This document shows, piece by piece, positions 29,365 through 32,000 of a stretch of DNA of 32,000 nt (the stretch's first letter is position 1; the number at the start of each line of letters is the position of its first letter). The stretch covers positions 5,040,001-5,072,000 of the forward strand of contig NZ_LN831024.1 of assembly GCF_001457615.1 (NCBI RefSeq), in the 5' to 3' direction. This stretch comes from Pseudomonas aeruginosa. Its GTDB lineage: Bacteria > Pseudomonadota > Gammaproteobacteria > Pseudomonadales > Pseudomonadaceae. The position numbers and the translations under genes were made by a program. The notes under the pieces are model-generated. The model had not been told where the DNA came from. It did not search any database and saw only the letters and a program-made list of their open reading frames with translations.

Positions 29365-30963
29365 ATGCGACCACGCTCTGCCCTGCGCTACAGCCTGCTG
29401 CTGCTCGCCCTCGCCGCCAGCGCCGCCATCCAGGCCCAGCCGAAGACCCTGGCGGTGTGCACCGAAGCGGCGCCGGAAGGGTTCGATCCGGCCCGCTATA
29501 CCTCCGGCTACACCTTCGACGCCTCAGCCCATCCGCTGTACAACGCGCTGGCCGCGTTCGCTCCGGGCAGCGCCACGGTGATCCCGGCCCTGGCGGAAAG
29601 CTGGGACGTCTCCGCTGACGGCCTCGTCTACACCTTCCGCCTGCGCCAAGGCGTGAAATTCCACAGCACCGACTACTTCAAGCCAACCCGCGAATTCGAC
29701 GCCGACGACGTGCTGTTCAGCTTCCAGCGCATGCTCGATCCGCAGCACCCCGCCCACGACCTTTCGCCCAGCGGCTACCCCTACGCCGACGCCATGCAAC
29801 TGCGCGACATCATCGAGCGCATCGAGAAGATCGACGAACATCAGGTGCGCTTCGTCCTCAAGCACCCGGAGGCGCCGTTCCTCGCCGACCTGGCCATGCC
29901 GTTCGGCTCGATCCTCTCCGCCGAATATGCCGGCCAACTGATCGCCAGGGGCAAGGGCGACGAACTCAACAGCAAGCCGATCGGCACCGGCCCGTTCGTC
30001 TTCACCCGCTACCGCAAGGATGCCCAGGTGCGCTACGCAGCCAACCCCGACTACTGGAAGGGCAAGCCGGCCATCGACCACCTGGTGCTGGCGATCACCC
30101 TCGACCCCAACGTGCGCGTGCAGCGCCTGCGCCGCAACGAATGCCAGATCGCCCTGACGCCCAAGCCCGAAGACGTCGCCGCGTTACGCCAGGACCCGCA
30201 ACTGACGGTGCTGGAAGAAGCGGCGATGATCACCTCACACGCCGCGATCAACACCCGGCACGAACCGTTCGACGACCCGCGCGTGCGCCGGGCGATCGCC
30301 ATGGGCTTCAACAAGTCGTCCTACCTGAAGATCGTCTTCGGCGACCAGGCCCGCCCGGCCATCGGCCCCTACCCGCCGATGCTGCTCGGCTACGACGACA
30401 GCATCCGCGACTGGCCCTACGACCCCGAACGGGCCAAGGCCCTGCTGAAGGAAGCCGGCGTCACCCCGGACACACCCCTGAACCTCTACATCAGCACCGG
30501 CAGCGGCCCCGGCGGCAACCCGGCGCGAGTGGCGCAACTGATCCAGTCCGACCTGGCCGCCATCGGCATCCGGGTGAACATCCGCCAGTTCGAGTGGGGC
30601 GAGATGGTCAAGCGTACCAAGGCCGGCGAACACGACATGATGCTCTACAGCTGGATCGGCGATAACGGCGACCCGGACAACTTCCTCACCCACAACCTCG
30701 GCTGCGCCTCGGTGGAGTCCGGGGAAAATCGCGCGCGCTGGTGCGACAAGGGCTTCGACGAAGCCATCCGCAAGGCGCGCATGAGCAACGACGAGAGCCA
30801 ACGGGTAGCGTTGTACAAGGAAGCGCAGCGGATCTTCCACGAGCAGATGCCCTGGTTGCCGCTGGCGCATCCGTTGATGTTCGACGCGCAACGCAAGAAC
30901 GTCAGCGGCTACCGCATGAGCCCGATGTCGGCGCGGGACTTTTCGCGGGTGAAGCTGGACTGA
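29365..30963 (+). CDS. dppA2: Peptide/dipeptide ABC transporter substrate-binding protein, tandem paralog (532 aa)
   Basis: Signal peptide [72 protein letters not shown]; collinear with the upstream paralog. Confidence 0.92.
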
Positions 30964-30969
30964 TCGCTG

Positions 30970-31014
30970 CGCCGCACGCGGGAAGCCCTGGCCCTTGCCT
31001 TCCCGCGTGCGGCG
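30970..31014. terminator. Bidirectional intrinsic terminator between the convergent dppA2-like gene and M24 peptidase gene
   Basis: Perfect 16-bp inverted repeat CGCCGCACGCGGGAAG / CTTCCCGCGTGCGGCG with 13-nt loop CCCTGGCCCTTGC, in the 67-nt gap between convergent stop codons. Confidence 0.8.
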
Positions 31015-31030
31015 TTATCGTTCGGCCGGC

Positions 31031-32000
31031 TCAGCCGCCGAGGCCGAAGGGATCGTCGATGGACGGACTCGGTTGGGTGAACCAGCGTGGTCCTTCCTCC
31101 GTCATGTAGAAGTGATCCTCCAGGCGAATGCCGAACTCGCCGGGCACGCAGATCATCGGTTCGTTGCTGAAGCACATGCCGACATCCAGCGGCGTGCGAT
31201 CGCCACGCACCAGGTACGGGCCTTCGTGGACATCCATGCCGATGCCATGCCCGGTGCGGTGCGGCAGGCCAGGCAGGCGGTAGTCCGGCCCCAGGCCGTT
31301 GGCCTCCAGCGAACGCCGCGCGGCGGCGTCCACCGCCTCGCAGGGCTGGCCCAGACGCGCGGCCTCGAAGGCCGCCAGTTGGGCGTCGCGCTCCATCCCC
31401 CAGAATTCGCGCTGGCGTGCGCTGGGCGTGCCGAACACATAGCTGCGGGTGATATCCGACTGGTAGCCGTGCACCTGGCAGCCGGTATCGATCAGCACCA
31501 TGTCGCCATCCTTCAGCACCTGCGCATGCTTCACCCCATGCGGGAAGGCACTGGCGGCACCGAACAGGACGATGCAGAAGGTCGAACCGGGCGCGCCCAC
31601 CTTGCGGTGCGCCTGGTGGATGAACTCGGCGACTTCGGTGGTGCTGATGCCTTCGCGGAGAATGCTCGCCGCGGCCTTCTGCACTTCCAGGGTCATGTCC
31701 TTGGCCCGCTGCATCAGCGCCAGCTCCTCGGCCGACTTGCGCATCCGTCCCTGGTCGATCAGCGGCGCGGCGCTGACGAAGTTCCTGCCCGGCGCCTGTT
31801 GGCGCAAGCGCTCGAACATGCCGAACGGCAGGCTCGGACACAGTGCGACCGTGCTGCGCTCGCCCACGCCGAGCGCCTCCAGGCGATCGAGCAGCAGGCG
31901 ATAGGGATCCTGGTGTTCCTCCCAGGTGTGGATGGCGCCATCGACCACCTGGAAGTCGCGCACCGTACCTTCCTCGAAGGCCGGCGCAAGGTATTCGAGG
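31031..32000 (-). CDS. M24-family metallopeptidase (Xaa-Pro aminopeptidase-like), truncated at the right edge
   Basis: VLIDTGCQVHGYQSDITRSYVFG; GLPHRTGHGIGMDVHEGPYLV; CFSNEPMICVPGEFGIRLEDHF supply the metal ligands. The track start at 31963 is an internal GTG; the frame stays open to the window end. Confidence 0.9.
   Translation of the reverse strand, partial: LEYLAPAFEEGTVRDFQVVDGAIHTWEEHQDPYRLLLDRLEALGVGERSTVALCPSLPFGMFERLRQQAPGRNFVSAAPLIDQGRMRKSAEELALMQRAKDMTLEVQKAAASILREGISTTEVAEFIHQAHRKVGAPGSTFCIVLFGAASAFPHGVKHAQVLKDGDMVLIDTGCQVHGYQSDITRSYVFGTPSARQREFWGMERDAQLAAFEAARLGQPCEAVDAAARRSLEANGLGPDYRLPGLPHRTGHGIGMDVHEGPYLVRGDRTPLDVGMCFSNEPMICVPGEFGIRLEDHFYMTEEGPRWFTQPSPSIDDPFGLGG

Noticed and set aside
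29043-29618. Plus-strand ORFs 28446..28943 and 29043..29618 within the dppA genes
   Set aside because: Alternative frames of the substrate-binding protein genes; Arg/Gly/Pro-rich sequences typical of off-frame translation.

Overview
The gene content and order match an ordinary Pseudomonas aeruginosa chromosomal segment of about 32 kb (the PA4474-PA4498 neighbourhood of PAO1, recalled from knowledge and not searched). From left to right it holds: the start of tldD; a nitrilase-family gene split by an apparent 1-nt frameshift; a yhdP-like AsmA gene; rng (RNase G); maf; mreD-mreC-mreB (minus strand); gatC-gatA-gatB (plus strand); an RlpA-like lipoprotein gene; a carboxymuconolactone-decarboxylase-family gene; the six-gene mag (bacterial alpha-2-macroglobulin) operon magABCDEF (minus strand); the RoxR/RoxS (RegA/RegB-type) redox two-component system; a SIMPL-domain protein gene; two tandem oligopeptide-binding protein genes; and a partial M24 peptidase gene. 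I saw no RNA genes, CRISPR array, prophage or IS element. The most interesting biology is the mag cassette. Its macroglobulin has Gly in place of the thioester Cys (YPYGGVEQT). MagC carries an NlpC/P60-like Cys/His pattern. MagE contains a SpoIID-like stretch. Two DUF2135-type paralogs bookend the operon. Other points worth a second look are a probable non-canonical AUC start codon for mreC, the frameshifted nitrilase gene, a predicted three-way-junction structure between gatA and gatB, and several strong intergenic hairpins.
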